Positions 39,568-52,627 of a DNA stretch of 64,000 nucleotides are shown here, one piece after another (the stretch's first letter is position 1; each line of letters opens with the position of its first letter). The notes beneath the pieces are model-generated. The model searched no databases, had not been told where the DNA came from, and worked only from the letters and a program-made list of their open reading frames with translations. Source of the stretch: Octopus vulgaris (Eukaryota); the NCBI GenBank assembly GCA_951406725.2, contig CATOCA020000002.1:1240001-1304000 (forward strand). The letters run 5' to 3'. Position numbers and translations under genes: made by a program.

Positions 39568-41052
39568 ACTATATCTTACAGCTGTCTCATTTTACCTATA
39601 TTAGCCATGTATAGTATGTCAATATGAAGTTTAAAATGAGACATTTACAAAGATATCTTAAGGCCTCTTTGGAGATTCTAAAGTATAAACCAAATTACAT
39701 ATATACTCATATAAGTGTGGGTACATACCCATAATAAATCATTTACATATATATATGAGTGCATATACTCATACTCTTATACATACACATATACATATAC
39801 ATAATAATACAAATAATATAAATCAATAAAATATATATATGTTCCATATTCAATGTTTTTCAACTTAATATTAAGATATTACAACGTAGAGAACATAGAC
39901 ATATTCATACTTCAATGCAGATATATAGAGTCAGTATTACCTTATATTAATTTACAAAAAGTCATTAATGTTAACATCAATACTGTTATCAATATCATTA
40001 ATGCTACCAATATCATTGTTCTTATTTCCAATAACATTAATACTAATAAAACAATACATATATCACATAATTAGCAATATAGTAGCAAAACTAGGGACCA
40101 ACATAATACCACAGTATTATGCAAGGCATTAAATATTTGCACATACATACAAAAAGCAGTCAAGTCAATCAGTTTACATGGTGTTAATTTCCACAGATGT
40201 ATGTGAATTAATAATTTCTATTGTGACACTAATATATTATTAATTTCCAAAATAGTTATGAAACGAACGCCGGAATTTGATTGGTTTATACTTTTAAATT
40301 TAAATTACAATTGTTTTTTACAGTTGGTTAGTTGAGAAACATCCACACGCGCACACTTGCAAACGTGCGCACATACGCACATACACAGCCAAATCACAAC
40401 ATAACATAAGAGATACCAGCCCACACTTACACACACATACATGCTTACAAACAGATCCACTCACATATATTCATAAATTCGTATATGCAATCATACATAC
40501 ATTTATACCCCAATGAAGGATGTAAATTATCATAAGGTACATAATTAAAATAACACCGTATTTTTCGTAAACAAACTATCCTACCATTAAAAAAAATTTC
40601 TATATCTTTACATTTCCACTGTTTCTATTCAAATATTTACTAAATTATAAAATACAAAATACATCAAAGGATGTATAAATACATACACAATAAGTTAACA
40701 GAAAATACTATTAATTAAGATACAAGTAGATTAATTGTAAATAGTCAAAATACGTTATTATTCTACTATATATAATCAAAATAACACTACATTTCTTAAA
40801 CATACCATCACATCACAAACTCCTATATCGTTGTATTACCATTTTATTTCCAATCAACCTCTCACCAGCAAACCAATATAGGTAAAGGAAAATTATATTA
40901 ACATCTACACATACACACACACACACACGTAAATTCGTGCATATTCACAAACATACGCACATTCACCTTTGCTGTGTATGCAAACATTTGCATACATATA
41001 TATATATATATATATTTAAATATTAATGGACGTATAAATACATATACAATAA

Positions 41053-41491
41053 GTTAGTTAGTTAGTTAGTTAGTTAATTTGGCTCAAAAGCAAATAGCAA
41101 GGCCATGTAGGGGGACATGGAGTTAAGTACAGGGTGGTGTTCATGTAAAGAGTTCAGGCCACTTGAGGTCCAGGGAGGCTTTGAACAAAGCGGTCGTCGG
41201 CATCTTCACCATCTCGTCTGGCAGCTTGTTCCACGGATCCGCAACCCGGACGGAGAAAGCTCCTCTCCTTTGATTGAGATGAAATCGTCGCAGGTAGAGC
41301 TTTTCGGAATGACCCCGCAGCCGACGCTCCGAAGCAGGAGTGAAGAACAGCTCTTTCGAGAGGTTACACTTCCCGCTTATGATGTTGTGGGCGAGAATGA
41401 GATCACCATGGCGGCGGCGTTTTTCAAGAGGATAAAGGTCGAGCGTCCTCAGCCTTTCTTCGTAGGACAAATTTTTGAGACCATGAACCAT
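41053..41491 (-). mobile_element. CR1-type LINE 3' fragment with (TAAC)n tail
   Basis: LSYEERLRTLDLYPLEKRRRHGDLI, LRGHSEKL, FSVRVADPWNKLP. Confidence 0.92.
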
Positions 41492-41574
41492 GGTCTTACC
41501 ATTAAATAATATATAAGTAAATAATTATAAATTAAATTAATTATAAATTACTAAGTGTTATTACTTAAAAAAAA

Positions 41575-41730
41575 AATAGAATAAAATAAAAAATAAAATA
41601 AAATAAAATAAAATACAATAAAAATAATAAAGTTAAAAAAATATATAAAATAAAATAAAAATAAATAAATAAATAAAATAAAATAAAATAAAATAAAATA
41701 AAATAAAATAAAATAAAATAAATAAATAAA
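41575..41730. repeat. (TAAAA)n/(TAAA)n simple repeat
   Basis: Direct reading. Confidence 0.9.
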
Positions 41731-42203
41731 CAAGTAAAAAATAAATAGAAATATACGTATAGATCTACATATAAATGAATAAATAAATAAATAGATAAAT
41801 AACATAAAATACAAATTAAGATGAGTACAAAGATAAACTTAATATATAAGACTGCCAAACAAATACATGCAAAAACCCATATGCTCATCCAAAATTAACA
41901 ACATATACTCAATATAGACTCGCATTCATTAATCTCAAACCAACTCCCCAAGATATGATACTCATATACACCCGCCATCCATGGAATTCTTCATGAAGAT
42001 CATAGTGTCATGCATATACCAAAATACATATATATATTTTTAGTATATTTTTTACAAGTCGGGACAAAAAACAATCAATATAGAACATATATATGTAGAT
42101 ACAAAGTTATAAATTTATAAATCATAAGTTTCAAATAATAAAGACCAATAGTACAATCCAATATAGAGGAATGTTAAAAGATTACTGGTAGAAAAGCTAG
42201 GTG

Positions 42204-43128
42204 CTATTTAAATCTAGAGAAAGTATACGCTAATTTATGAATGCAAAAAAAATTCCGCTCGTTAATATTATTAATAATGGGTAGTCCAGCTTTGATGATG
42301 AAAAAAATTTCATTAATACATAGAGAGCATTTTTTATTTCTACTATTGTATACAGATGCAGAAGTTAGTATTTCCCAATTCAATTTAAAATCTATTTTCT
42401 TACTTTTGAGTTCCCAAATATATGTACTTAACCCCGTGGAATACATCCTATTTTTATTTTTAAAAGTATATCTATGGTAGTTTAGTCTTTGTTTTATGCT
42501 ATTCTTAGTTGCACCGATGTATACCCTACTGCTATATTGTGTATCTACAGTGCAATGATAAACTACCTCTTTCTTGAGGCATTCATTACCAAACACACAT
42601 TGATTCCTATTTCTGCAATTGCAGTTATCAACAGATTGAGGTAGTTTAACCTTGGCAAAATTCCCTGTAACTCTATTCCTATTAATAGTATTATAATTAT
42701 TTTCGCTATCTAATCTTACAGTTAACGAGTGTTTATGTTTAATATTATTGGTGATATTCTTATCCATAGGAATAGTATTGCTGATAGTGGTATCATCAAT
42801 TAAATTAGGATTTTTCTTTACAGGTATGGTACTATCATAATTATTAAGAGGGTTGTTCACGTTAGTTCTAAAAGATTTATTGCCTCTACGATTATAGAGA
42901 GGCAAATTACTATTACCCAAATTCATCTTTCTATCATTATAGAAGCCATCCAATTTCCTGTTATTAAATGAGATGATAGTGGCTAAATTATGCGTAATGC
43001 TATATCTTATTCTAACAGTTCTATTGTTAATTATTTGACCAAATTTATTTCCACCCCTAACAAAGTGCCTATATAATAAATTATGTATATTTCCAACTAT
43101 ATCTGTTTTTATCTGCATTGCATATGGG
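42204..43128 (-). pseudogene. truncated PLE ORF: linker + GIY-YIG endonuclease
   Basis: CNCR...C...CL, VVYHC...VYIGAT..IKQR..HR, CSLC.NE; open for 304 aa but cut at the inverted pLTR junction; no RT core. Confidence 0.88.
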
Positions 43129-44188
43129 GTGCGTATGTGCGCACGTTTGCAAGTGTGTGCATGTGGATGTTTCTTAACTAACCAACCGTAAAAAACAATT
43201 GTAATTTAAATTTAAAAGTATAAGCCAATCAAATTCCGGCATTCGTTTCATAACTATTTTGGAAATTAATAATATATTAGTGTCACAATAGAAATTATTA
43301 ATCCACATACATCTGTGGAAATTAACACCATGTAAACTGATTGACTTGACTGCTTTTTGTATGTATGTGCAAATATTTAATGCCTTGCATAATACTGTGG
43401 TATTATGTTGGTCCCTAGTTTTGCTACTATATTGCTAATTATGTGATATATGTATTGTTTTATTAGTATTAATGTTATTGGAAATAAGAACAATGATATT
43501 GGTAGCATTAATGATATTGATAACAGTATTGATGTTAACATTAATGACTTTTTGTAAATTAATATAAGGTAATACTGACTCTATATATCTGCATTGAAGT
43601 ATGAATATGTCTATGTTCTCTACGTTGTAATATCTTAATATTAAGTTGAAAAACATTGAATATGGAACATATATATATTTTATTGATTTATATTATTTGT
43701 ATTATTATGTATATGTATATGTGTATGTATAAGAGTATGAGTATATGCACTCATATATATATGTAAATGATTTATTATGGGTATGTACCCACACTTATAT
43801 GAGTATATATGTAATTTGGTTTATACTTTAGAATCTCCAAAGAGGCCTTAAGATATCTTTGTAAATGTCTCATTTTTAACTTCATATTGACATACTATAC
43901 ATGGCTAATATAGGTAAAATGAAACATATTTATCTGCATGGCCGAAACAGCTGTAAGATATAGTGTATATTTATATTTATATCTATTTATATTTATTTAT
44001 TTATACCCTCTTATAATGATTGTACTTATTGTATTGTATTACTCATTCATGTACGCTGTTTTGTTATATATTTTTATGTTTAACCCTAATGTTCTTATGT
44101 AGTGGTTTAATAAAGTATATGATTGGGTATTATCTGGTAGTTGATAAATGATTTAGATGTATTTCTCCATTTTCTTATTTTGTATTAT

Positions 44189-44228
<40 letters not shown>

Positions 44229-44359
44229 GAAGGAATGGATTAAAGAAATCCGAGTGAATACCTTAGCAAGTACTCCATGTGGGTTAGATATATCTTGTGA
44301 CATGTACAAACTTTAAATCTGAATGGTACATTAATCACACAGTTTAATAATAAACAGGA

Positions 44360-45575
44360 AGAATGAAGAGTTGTATGACTATTTGCTGACATGTTTCACA
44401 AAGCTTGTATAACCATAACTTCATTAAACAATGGAACAGTTATCTTGCAAACTTTTCTCACAAGAGCTCAAAATTCACTCTGGTAGATTTCTTAAATACT
44501 GCTGTGAACATAGTTGTTTAGGTTGAGGAAGCAGACAATGTACATATCATATTACAATCTCTTAGTTGTTATCTACATCTAGAGTTCATGGTCAGTGATG
44601 ACAAATGTCAATGCATAGAAGTCAGTGAGAAGGAGCTGTAGAGAAGTTTAATTAGTATTTGATGTCTTTATTTTATGGTAGTCCATTGTAGGGATGTATT
44701 GTGATAAAAAAAAGTGTTAAGTAACTTTTTCAAAGAATATACAATCTGATAATTTGCTGCACCATTTCTATTTGGAAAAATCAAATTTTGATTCGTTCTC
44801 ATTCATTTAGTAAAACATTCTTGAAATTTCCAAACCAAGATCCAAGTTAACTTGCATGGATGTAAGGAAAAGGAAATAAACTCTATACCTAAGTTATGTT
44901 ATTAACAATTATTTTACCTTCTTAATTTACTCACTATTATAATGCAAAAGAGAATCTTTTCTTAACTAACTTGAGTATAAATAAATTAATTCTTCCTCTT
45001 CCTTCTGAACATTTAATATTGGTTACAAATTTTTACTAAAATAACTTTAGTTTTTTAAAATTCAATTCCCAAAGTATTGCACCAAATATAATTTAGTTTA
45101 CTATTTCACACAATTTAATTTAGTTTTAACTGAATTTTCTAGATATAAATGACATAGTGAATTGTCAGATTGTATCCTCATAAAAAGTTACTTAGCACTT
45201 AAATGTTTTATTGCACTAATCCATCCCTGCCATGGACTGACATTAAATACTAATCAAACTTTTCTACAGCCTCCTCACAGACACCAACAATTGGTAACAT
45301 TTTGACCTCACCGCCCTTGAACTTCGCATACAGATTAGAACTAATAAAAAGTTATATTATACATATCCTGTTCACTTCTTCAACCTAAGCAATTACATTC
45401 ATAACAGTTTTTGAAAACTATAACACGGCAACTTTTGAGCTCTGATGAGAAAAGTTTGCAAGGTGACCTCCAATGATTAGTTGATCAAATATGTATACAA
45501 ACCATTGTGTAAATGAAGGTACAGGTTTTGCAAGATCAGTGAAATATATCAACAAATAAAGTCATATAACTCCTG
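44360..45575. repeat. diverged inverted repeat (~310-bp arms), PLE pLTR-like, with hammerhead remnants
   Basis: 44360-44666 vs 45240-45575; CTGATGA at 45442; GAAACATGTCAGC on minus strand at 44385-44397. Confidence 0.7.
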
Positions 45576-45799
45576 TCTGCATGTATTTGTGACTGTATGT
45601 AACTGTTTACCAACATTTTCCTACAATATTTTATCACTATTATCTCTTTTTATGGTTGTTTGAAGGATGTTTCTACCTGCATTTCTGTGAAACTTTTCAA
45701 CTTGTCTTCTATATCAGTTTGCTTCTTTGGCTTCACACCCTCTCACATTAAATTTTTTACTTGGCAATCCCTATCCCCATCAAAGCAATCTTCTAGCTT

Positions 45800-46090
45800 C
45801 AGTTTTAGCTCTGACAACACACAATCATAATACTACCCTCTGAACATGAATAGCATTCAAATAGAACCATGAAAGTTACTGGACATGCTACGTTTTACTG
45901 TCACTGAGTATTTCTCCATGTAAACATATATCTTCTGCATAACAAAAGCTACATTAAAGACTGACCTACATCTTCAGAACTCCAACAACTACAACTCTCT
46001 ACAAAATTCAGCTAAGACCTGCCATGGAGTATTGCTCCCACATCTGAGATGGTGCTACTGCTACACATAAAGACATCCTGAATTATGCCT
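45800..46090 (+). mobile_element. old CR1/L2-group LINE fragment
   Basis: LYKIQLRPAMEYCSHI*DG motif. Confidence 0.55.
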
Positions 46091-46546
46091 GCCAAAGTGA
46101 GTGGGTACCCGACTAATGACATGAAGTTACTTGCCAGCAAACTCTCCTTTCTGATTCACTGATGTGCTGAGTTCTCCTTGTGTCTTTTCTACTAATACTA
46201 CAGTGTAGTATCCCAGAAAATTATTATTTTGGTTTCTGCCCATGTCTTTTTTTTTCTACAGCCATCAGCTGCTTAAGAGGAAATTAACTGTATTAAGTTC
46301 CCTGGTCTTTGGAGGGCATGGGAAGGCCAAAGGTACTTCCAGATGAAACAAGAAGGTAAAGTTTGCTTTATTTCATGGGAATAAAAAGTGAAATAAAGTA
46401 TACTGATTTAACATTTAAGAGTTTAACTTAAATTGGGCAGTTAAAAAACAAAAATTAAAACGTAATGGGTGGGATAGATTTACAAATAATTGATTGAATT
46501 AACTAGAATGAACAAAAGCATTTCTAACAGTTAAATGAATACTTAC

Positions 46547-46659
46547 CTATTTTTATCAATAATTATAACAGGTCCTTCAAGCTGATGTCCAGACTTGAGT
46601 GTATCTAGTAGGTAGACATTGGTTTGACGATAGCCACCTTCAAAATAACATGGAACGCA
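46547..46659 (-). CDS. OPLAH: 5-oxoprolinase internal exon (2nd)
   Basis: cag|TGC GTT CCA...AAT AG|gtaagt; [37 protein letters not shown]; 113 nt, phase matches neighbours; not in ORF track. Confidence 0.93.
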
Positions 46660-47689
46660 CTGTCCAAGAAAGAAAGAAAGCATCAGTGATTGTCTTGCAT
46701 TCATTTTCATTTCTGCCCTGCAGTATTTAGTTATGTTCCTTTATGTTTTCAGCAGAGTTTATTTTGCCTTTCATCCTTCTGGACTTTATATAATTGACTA
46801 TACATCTCTTACAAAATTTGTAGCCTTGTGTTGGAATAAGAAATTAGAATGAAAGGCAATCTGAACCCTATTATTGACAATATATCCATTAGGATTTGAC
46901 TCATTAAACTGGAAATAGAGTAAACTAATGCATTTAAAAAAAATACTTTACTGCAAGATTTCAACATTGAACATCAAGTATGCTACTTCAAATACTCTGT
47001 CAAGTGAATTTACAATTCAGTACATAGTTTAGTTCTTAACTATCATCTCCTCCCACTAATTCTTGGAAATGAATCAGGCAGAAATTCAAAACTGGAAGCC
47101 ACCAGGAATTTTTGTATGCTGAAAACCCAGTTCTATTTGCAGAATCACTTTAGGGAATTCTTTAATTAAACAATCATACTCATATTCTCAATTTACTGAA
47201 AATATGCAAAGATCATGGATACAACTTCTTCCTCCTCTCTAAACCATTAAAACTAAAATAAATTATGTGTTTACAATGTCTTATGGACTGTCACATGCCT
47301 CATAATGGACTGTCATATGCCTCATTTGTATGGTTTCCTTTCAAAAGGATTGTGAGTTGTGGTATGAGGGCTATCAACTACAATGTGTGTGGTTCAGGAG
47401 TAAATCAATTGAAGAGTTGATAATGGCCATCAGATTCAATATAGAAGATGTAATCCATTTTAGTAAACATTTATTCAAGTATGAGAATTGCAGATAAATG
47501 AATTGAAAAGAGGTATGGGGCCCTTCAGCTGACAGATTGATGATTCATATAATTTCACTGGCTCATGGCAAAGACATTTAACTCTCAATGACTCAGTTTA
47601 AATGGATAAATACTATGGGATGTGCATTCACCACTGCAAGGGGGCAAAGAACCATACAACTGCCAACTACTGTGTCTCTTGAGTACAAA

Positions 47690-48015
47690 TTGACTTGGGC
47701 ACTCTGTTGGTTACAATGTGTGTTCCAGTTGATTCAATCAATGGAACAGCTTGCTCATGAAATTAATGTGAAAGTGGCTAAGCATTCCACAGATACACTC
47801 GTAACATAGTTTTTAGGAAGATTCAGCATGACACACCAAATGTGACATGGTTGGCTCACTGAACAACAGATACAATTCACTTTTGCCAGCCAAGTGGACT
47901 GGAGAAATGTTAAATAAAGTGTCTTGCTCAAGGACACAACACACCTCCAGGAATTGAACTCATGGCCTTATGATCACGAGCTGAATACACAAACCAGTAA
48001 GTCACATGCCTTCAC
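47690..48015 (-). mobile_element. tRNA-derived SINE
   Basis: Minus strand reads GAGTTCAATTCC (B box) then GTCCTTGAGCAAGACACTT (CORE-like). Confidence 0.65.
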
Positions 48016-48139
48016 TAACAACATCTTGTATCCGTTAATCAAATGAGTTATCTTAAGGTTTCATTTATTTCCTTCTTTAGTTTAAGTGTAATTAGCAGGA
48101 CATTCATACACAAATATTAGAGACTTAACAAGACACCAA

Positions 48140-48520
48140 TAATGAATGAATGGACCAATGAGGGTAAAAATTAATAAACAAATACATGAATAAGGATGAA
48201 GGCAAACATGATCAGACTGTGGTAAAAAACAAATTTATGGTGAAGAAGATGAATAATGAAAATGAAAAGGAATGAAGATGATAAATAATTGAAGAAAACA
48301 AATAAATGAAGATGGATCAACAAATAAGGAAGAAGAATGAACAAAGGAGAAAAATGGAGACAACTGAATGATAAGGACAAATGAACAATGATGATGAATG
48401 ACTGAAAAATATGAATGATTGATGAAGAATATGAATGCATGATGAAGCATATGAAAGAATGATGAAGACAAGCAATGAAGGCAAATGAGTAAATAATGAT
48501 GACAAATGAATGATGATGAT
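48140..48520. repeat. degenerate (ATG/GAA)-rich low-complexity tract next to an OPLAH exon
   Basis: Repeated ATGAA/GATGA units. Confidence 0.75.
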
Positions 48521-48538
48521 ACAAAAGAAACTGCTTAC

Positions 48539-48677
48539 TTTCATAGGCTTTGGTTTGTCACTCCCATTGCTGAGTTGTGGACAGTACTCGGTCATACTAC
48601 ATCCTGTTCCTCTAACTCTGATGTCATCAATAATGATGGGACGGTTATCAAGTACAAAGCCAAACTCTCTTTTGTAA
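48539..48677 (-). CDS. OPLAH: 5-oxoprolinase internal exon (1st in window)
   Basis: cag|T TAC AAA AGA GAG TTT...ATG AAA|gtaagc; YKREFGFVLDNRPIIIDDIRVRGTG matches the OPLAH Y.REFGF...DDVRVRGTG motif; 139 nt. Confidence 0.93.
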
Positions 48678-49284
48678 CTGCCAAATGAGAATAGAACAGT
48701 AGAAATCAAATTTGGTTTAGTGTTCTAGTTTTGTGAGTTTGCTAAATCATTTACATTACAACAATTCACTTTAAAAAAATGGGACTTACTATTATAATCA
48801 TTAAAACCTGTAGCCTAAAAAAAGTGCACAACAAGAAAGGAAAACTTTTCCTCCACTTTTCCTGATCATCATGCTTTCCATCAATTTCCTCCTTGTCCAC
48901 AATAGGATGTCATAGTGTTATGTGATAAAACCACTTCATTTTCAGCTTTTTAACAACTGTCAAAAAAGTTTTATGGTTCAGTGTTTTCAGTAATTTCTTT
49001 CTGAACACTCCATTTAAAATGCCTGTTTTGGCAACACAATATTAATATTCCAATTACTTGGCCACAATTATAGATGTTACTGAAAGATATGACATCCTTC
49101 AGTAAAGATGAATTGATACATCCTATATGTCTGTTAAGCTATCAGTAGTGCAAGCAGGTCAGCATCAAACTCACAAGCAAGCTCTTTATGTGTTCTACTT
49201 AAATAGCATGTGCAAAGGAACTGATCAAAAGCAAATTTTTATATATATATATAAAATATATTTTTCATTTTTTACAATTTTTAG

Positions 49285-49592
49285 TCATTGTACTGTAATC
49301 ATGCTGGGGCATAACTTTGAAGGGTTTGGGCCAAACAAATTGATTCCTCTACAAGTTCTCTTTTTACTGTACCACTAAGAGGACATAAACAAACCAATAT
49401 TAGTTGTCAAACAATGACAGGAGACAAACACAAATTTATACAATGCACAATTTTGCCTATCAAATTCACCCACAAGGCATTTGTTAGCCTGGGGCTATAT
49501 TAGAAGACACAAGCCCAAGGTACTGCACAATGGGATTGAACTCAAAACCACATGGTGGCAAAGTGATCTTACTAATCAAACAGTCATGCCAA
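49285..49592 (-). mobile_element. degenerate tRNA-derived SINE
   Basis: Reverse-complement similarity to 60063-60448. Confidence 0.6.
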
Positions 49593-49620
49593 CACCTATA
49601 CAGATATATACATATCATTA

Positions 49621-51185
49621 TGTTGTGAGGATAATAGTAATAAAGGTTCACCTCTCCCATGTAATGAGTGGTATGTGCTAGTCGCTATAAATAAGGTGAT
49701 GGTGGTCAATATAGGCAGAGAGTATGAAGTTGATGGTCATAGATAGTCATGGTCTTACTTGTCTCACTTACTATACTGCTATAACAGAGTGGCATTATAA
49801 CAATCTGACATTAAGAAATACAACTGTGGTAATGTGGAATTGACAAACACAAAAAAGTTTTTTTTCTGTGTGAATTTTAAGGAAAAAAAAATTGTAAAAT
49901 TATAGAAAATTTGTTGTCCTGTTTGCTTGAGTTGCAAAAACAGCAACTGAAAGAACAACAGCATCAGCTACAACTGCAAGAACAACAGCAGAAGCAACAA
50001 CAACAACAATTACTATTACAGCAACAATCGCTGCAATTAATGAATAGTAAGTCGTCAGGAAAAGCTGAAAAAATGTTCTTGCCAGATCATGTTGAAAACT
50101 TGATAACAGTGTTTGAGTATGAACGAGATGAAGAAGTTACCTTTGAGGCTTACTATAGAAGATACAAACAAATCTTCAATAAAAAGTGCAAAGATTGGGA
50201 TAACAATAGGAAAACGCATTTAATTTTAAGAAAACTGGCAGCAGGAGAACATGAGCATTACAGCAATTACGTACACCCAAAAAAATTTTCTGACATAAAA
50301 TTTAAAGACACAATAGACATATTGTGTAAAGTTTTTAGTGAGAAATGCTTGTTGTTCAATACACGTTGCAAATGTTTGAACTTAGAAAAGAACAACGAGG
50401 AGGACTACATCACATATGCTGGTTGAGTTAACAGGGAATGTGAAAAGTTCAAACTGGATGAATTTGTGCCAGATATGTTCAAGTGCCTGATATTCACTCA
50501 GGGACTAACTGCAGAGAAAGATGCAGAAGTAAGAACAATAATTCTCACTAAGCTGGAACAGAACCAAGCTGTAACCTTGCAGCAAGTGTCAGAAGAGTGT
50601 GAACGAATAGCAAATTTAAGACATGACACAGAAACAATTGAACATAAAGATTGCTTCCAAGTGAAAGAAGTGTGAAATAGGCAGAACAGAAATCAAGTGT
50701 GTACTAAAATACAGTACAAACAGGACAAGAATCAGGAAACAAACCCATGTTTTGGATGTGGAGGTCTACACCTGAGAAAAAACTGCCCATTTAAGACAGT
50801 GGAATGTTTTCTTGTGGAAAAATTGGACACATAAAAACACATTGTAAAAACCAAGATGAAAAAACATTGGAACAAAAGAAAAACAAACAGTATGTCATCG
50901 AATGAAAATAGTAATGTAACAAAGAGAAAATTCGTAATTGTAAAAATTAAAAATATAAGAGTAAGAATGCAGTTAGACACTGGAAGTGAAATTACCATTG
51001 TGAATGAAAAAACTTGGAAGTATATCGGTAAGCTGAAATTAAGTAAATCTACAAAAGTAGTACATGGTGTTACGGGTAAAAGATTGTATTTTGTCGGTGA
51101 ATGTGTGTGTAATGTAACAGTTCATGACCAAATGAAAACGGCAAAAATGTGCTAAAAAATTCAGCTAATTTATTTGGTACAGATA
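49621..51185 (+). mobile_element. Ty3/Gypsy LTR retrotransposon 5' half (LTR 49621-49786, gag with zinc knuckles, aspartic protease)
   Basis: TGTTG...ATAACA ends then GAGTGGC; K02A2.6-like gag (FEAYYRRY, FKCLIFTQGL); CFGCGGLH...C; LDTGSEITIV; stops and frameshifts. Confidence 0.85.
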
Positions 51186-51929
51186 AAAAGTTATGATAAA
51201 AAATGTAGGGGCAAAAATGGGAGAGTAATGCCTAATATTTACTTTAACTTATAATTTATTTAAAATGCCTAATATTTACTTTGACTTGTTATTTAGAAGA
51301 AAAAACTATACTTTAATTATTACTATTTAAAAGAATTCAATGAGTAGAATCTTTTGGTGAAGATTTATATTAGATATAAAAAATGTTATGCATCTTTACG
51401 TAGCCCGGAAATTGGTAACACCTAAAATTGACTTTGACTCAAAATATCTCAGGTATTTGAAAAGCAAACTATACTTTGATTATAACCTTTTCAAAGAACT
51501 TGATGAGTAGACTCTTTTGGTGACAACCTCAAGAGCAAAAGAAAAAAAGTTATGCAGTCTTAAGTGATGTAAAAAAGTAATAATTTGTTATCTTGTTTTG
51601 TTTGTTTACACCTACGTTCAGAGTGACTGCTGCAATAACTGTCTACTACAGCTACAAAATGCTAGGGACTTGAATGGGTTAAAGGACCCCACATAAATGG
51701 ACATTCCCCAGACTGTTTTTCTTACAAAGATGGGCCCTTGCACCTGAAATACAAAGATTTTATTGAACTTACTGCATTATTAGAAGCTATCTATTTTCTC
51801 TCTTTTTACATTCTCCAATATCACAATGTTCAAGCAAACTACATTATGTTTGGTATCAAGTAGCTTCCTTGACTGTGGAACTATTGGAGTCTTGATATAA
51901 GGTATGGTGATCCATATATCTCCAGTATT

Positions 51930-52519
51930 ATGTCTAACTATAGTTAATTCACATATTGTTTATGTAAAAGGCTACAAGGTTCTTTCACCACCAAAGACTA
52001 TGACTATTTGAAATTTTGGGTTGACATCACACCTCAGTTATGTGAAGGCTTTTCTTCCAGAAAGCGTAAAACTGAGAGAAAAGCAAAATTAACTGAAGTT
52101 GGATGTCAACAGAGAAAATCTTGACTTCCATAAAGTGGAAAAGATAGATACAAGGAAAAAAGTTTGCAGACATGTTTGTTCCAAAAAAAAAAAAAAAAAA
52201 ACTGTGAAAGGATATCAGATTGAGACTTCATATATGTATTCATTTTGCAAAGTGCCCTTTTGTAAAGGGTGCTTTTCCTGATAGAAATATGGCATAACTA
52301 TATTTTGTTGTTTGATAGTAATACTGCCATATATTCCTTTCATTTTATTACAAATAATATGTAAAAATGAAAAATAGATATTAATTTTCAGTATGCTACA
52401 CACCTGTATTCCCTTTTGTCTCACCTGTTAATGAGCTTTTTTTTTATTAGATGCATTATGTTATGTAAATGTATTTATTAAAGAGCACATAACCTAGTAT
52501 ATTGACCAGTAAAAGAGTT
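51930..52519 (+). mobile_element. piggyBac transposase C-terminal relic and right end
   Basis: VNSHIVY, C..C...ETSY...CKVPFCKGCF Cys-rich tail; ends AGTAAAAGAGTT. Confidence 0.6.
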
Positions 52520-52627
52520 TTGATGGCTCACTTGCACTTGATGGCTCACTTGCGCTTGATGGCTCACTTGCGCTTGATGGCTCACTTGCACTTGATGGCT
52601 CACTTGCGCTGATGGCTCACTTGTGCT
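52520..52627 (+). repeat. six tandem 18-bp units TTGATGGCTCACTTGCRC at the RTE 5' truncation point
   Basis: Direct reading; the last unit runs into the RTE ORF. Confidence 0.95.

Larger units (their letters stand above)
27807..44191 (-). mobile_element. young 5'-truncated Penelope-like element with ~1.05-kb inverted pLTR arms (left arm split by the 28027-39567 insertion)
   Basis: 27807-28026 plus 39568-40380 is the near-identical reverse complement of 43129-44191; GIY-YIG ORF lies between the arms. Confidence 0.85.

Noticed and set aside
42204-43118. Stand-alone homing endonuclease or TIR transposon with a GIY-YIG gene
   Set aside because: Better explained as a 5'-truncated Penelope-like ORF with the usual inverted pLTR; the frame is cut at the arm junction.
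39853-43656. Identical 73-aa ORFs at 39853-40074 (+) and 43435-43656 (-)
   Set aside because: By-product of the PLE inverted repeat; low-complexity I/N-rich sequence.
49911-50426. Poly-glutamine host gene
   Set aside because: It is the N-terminus of a decayed Gypsy gag, followed by zinc knuckles and a protease.
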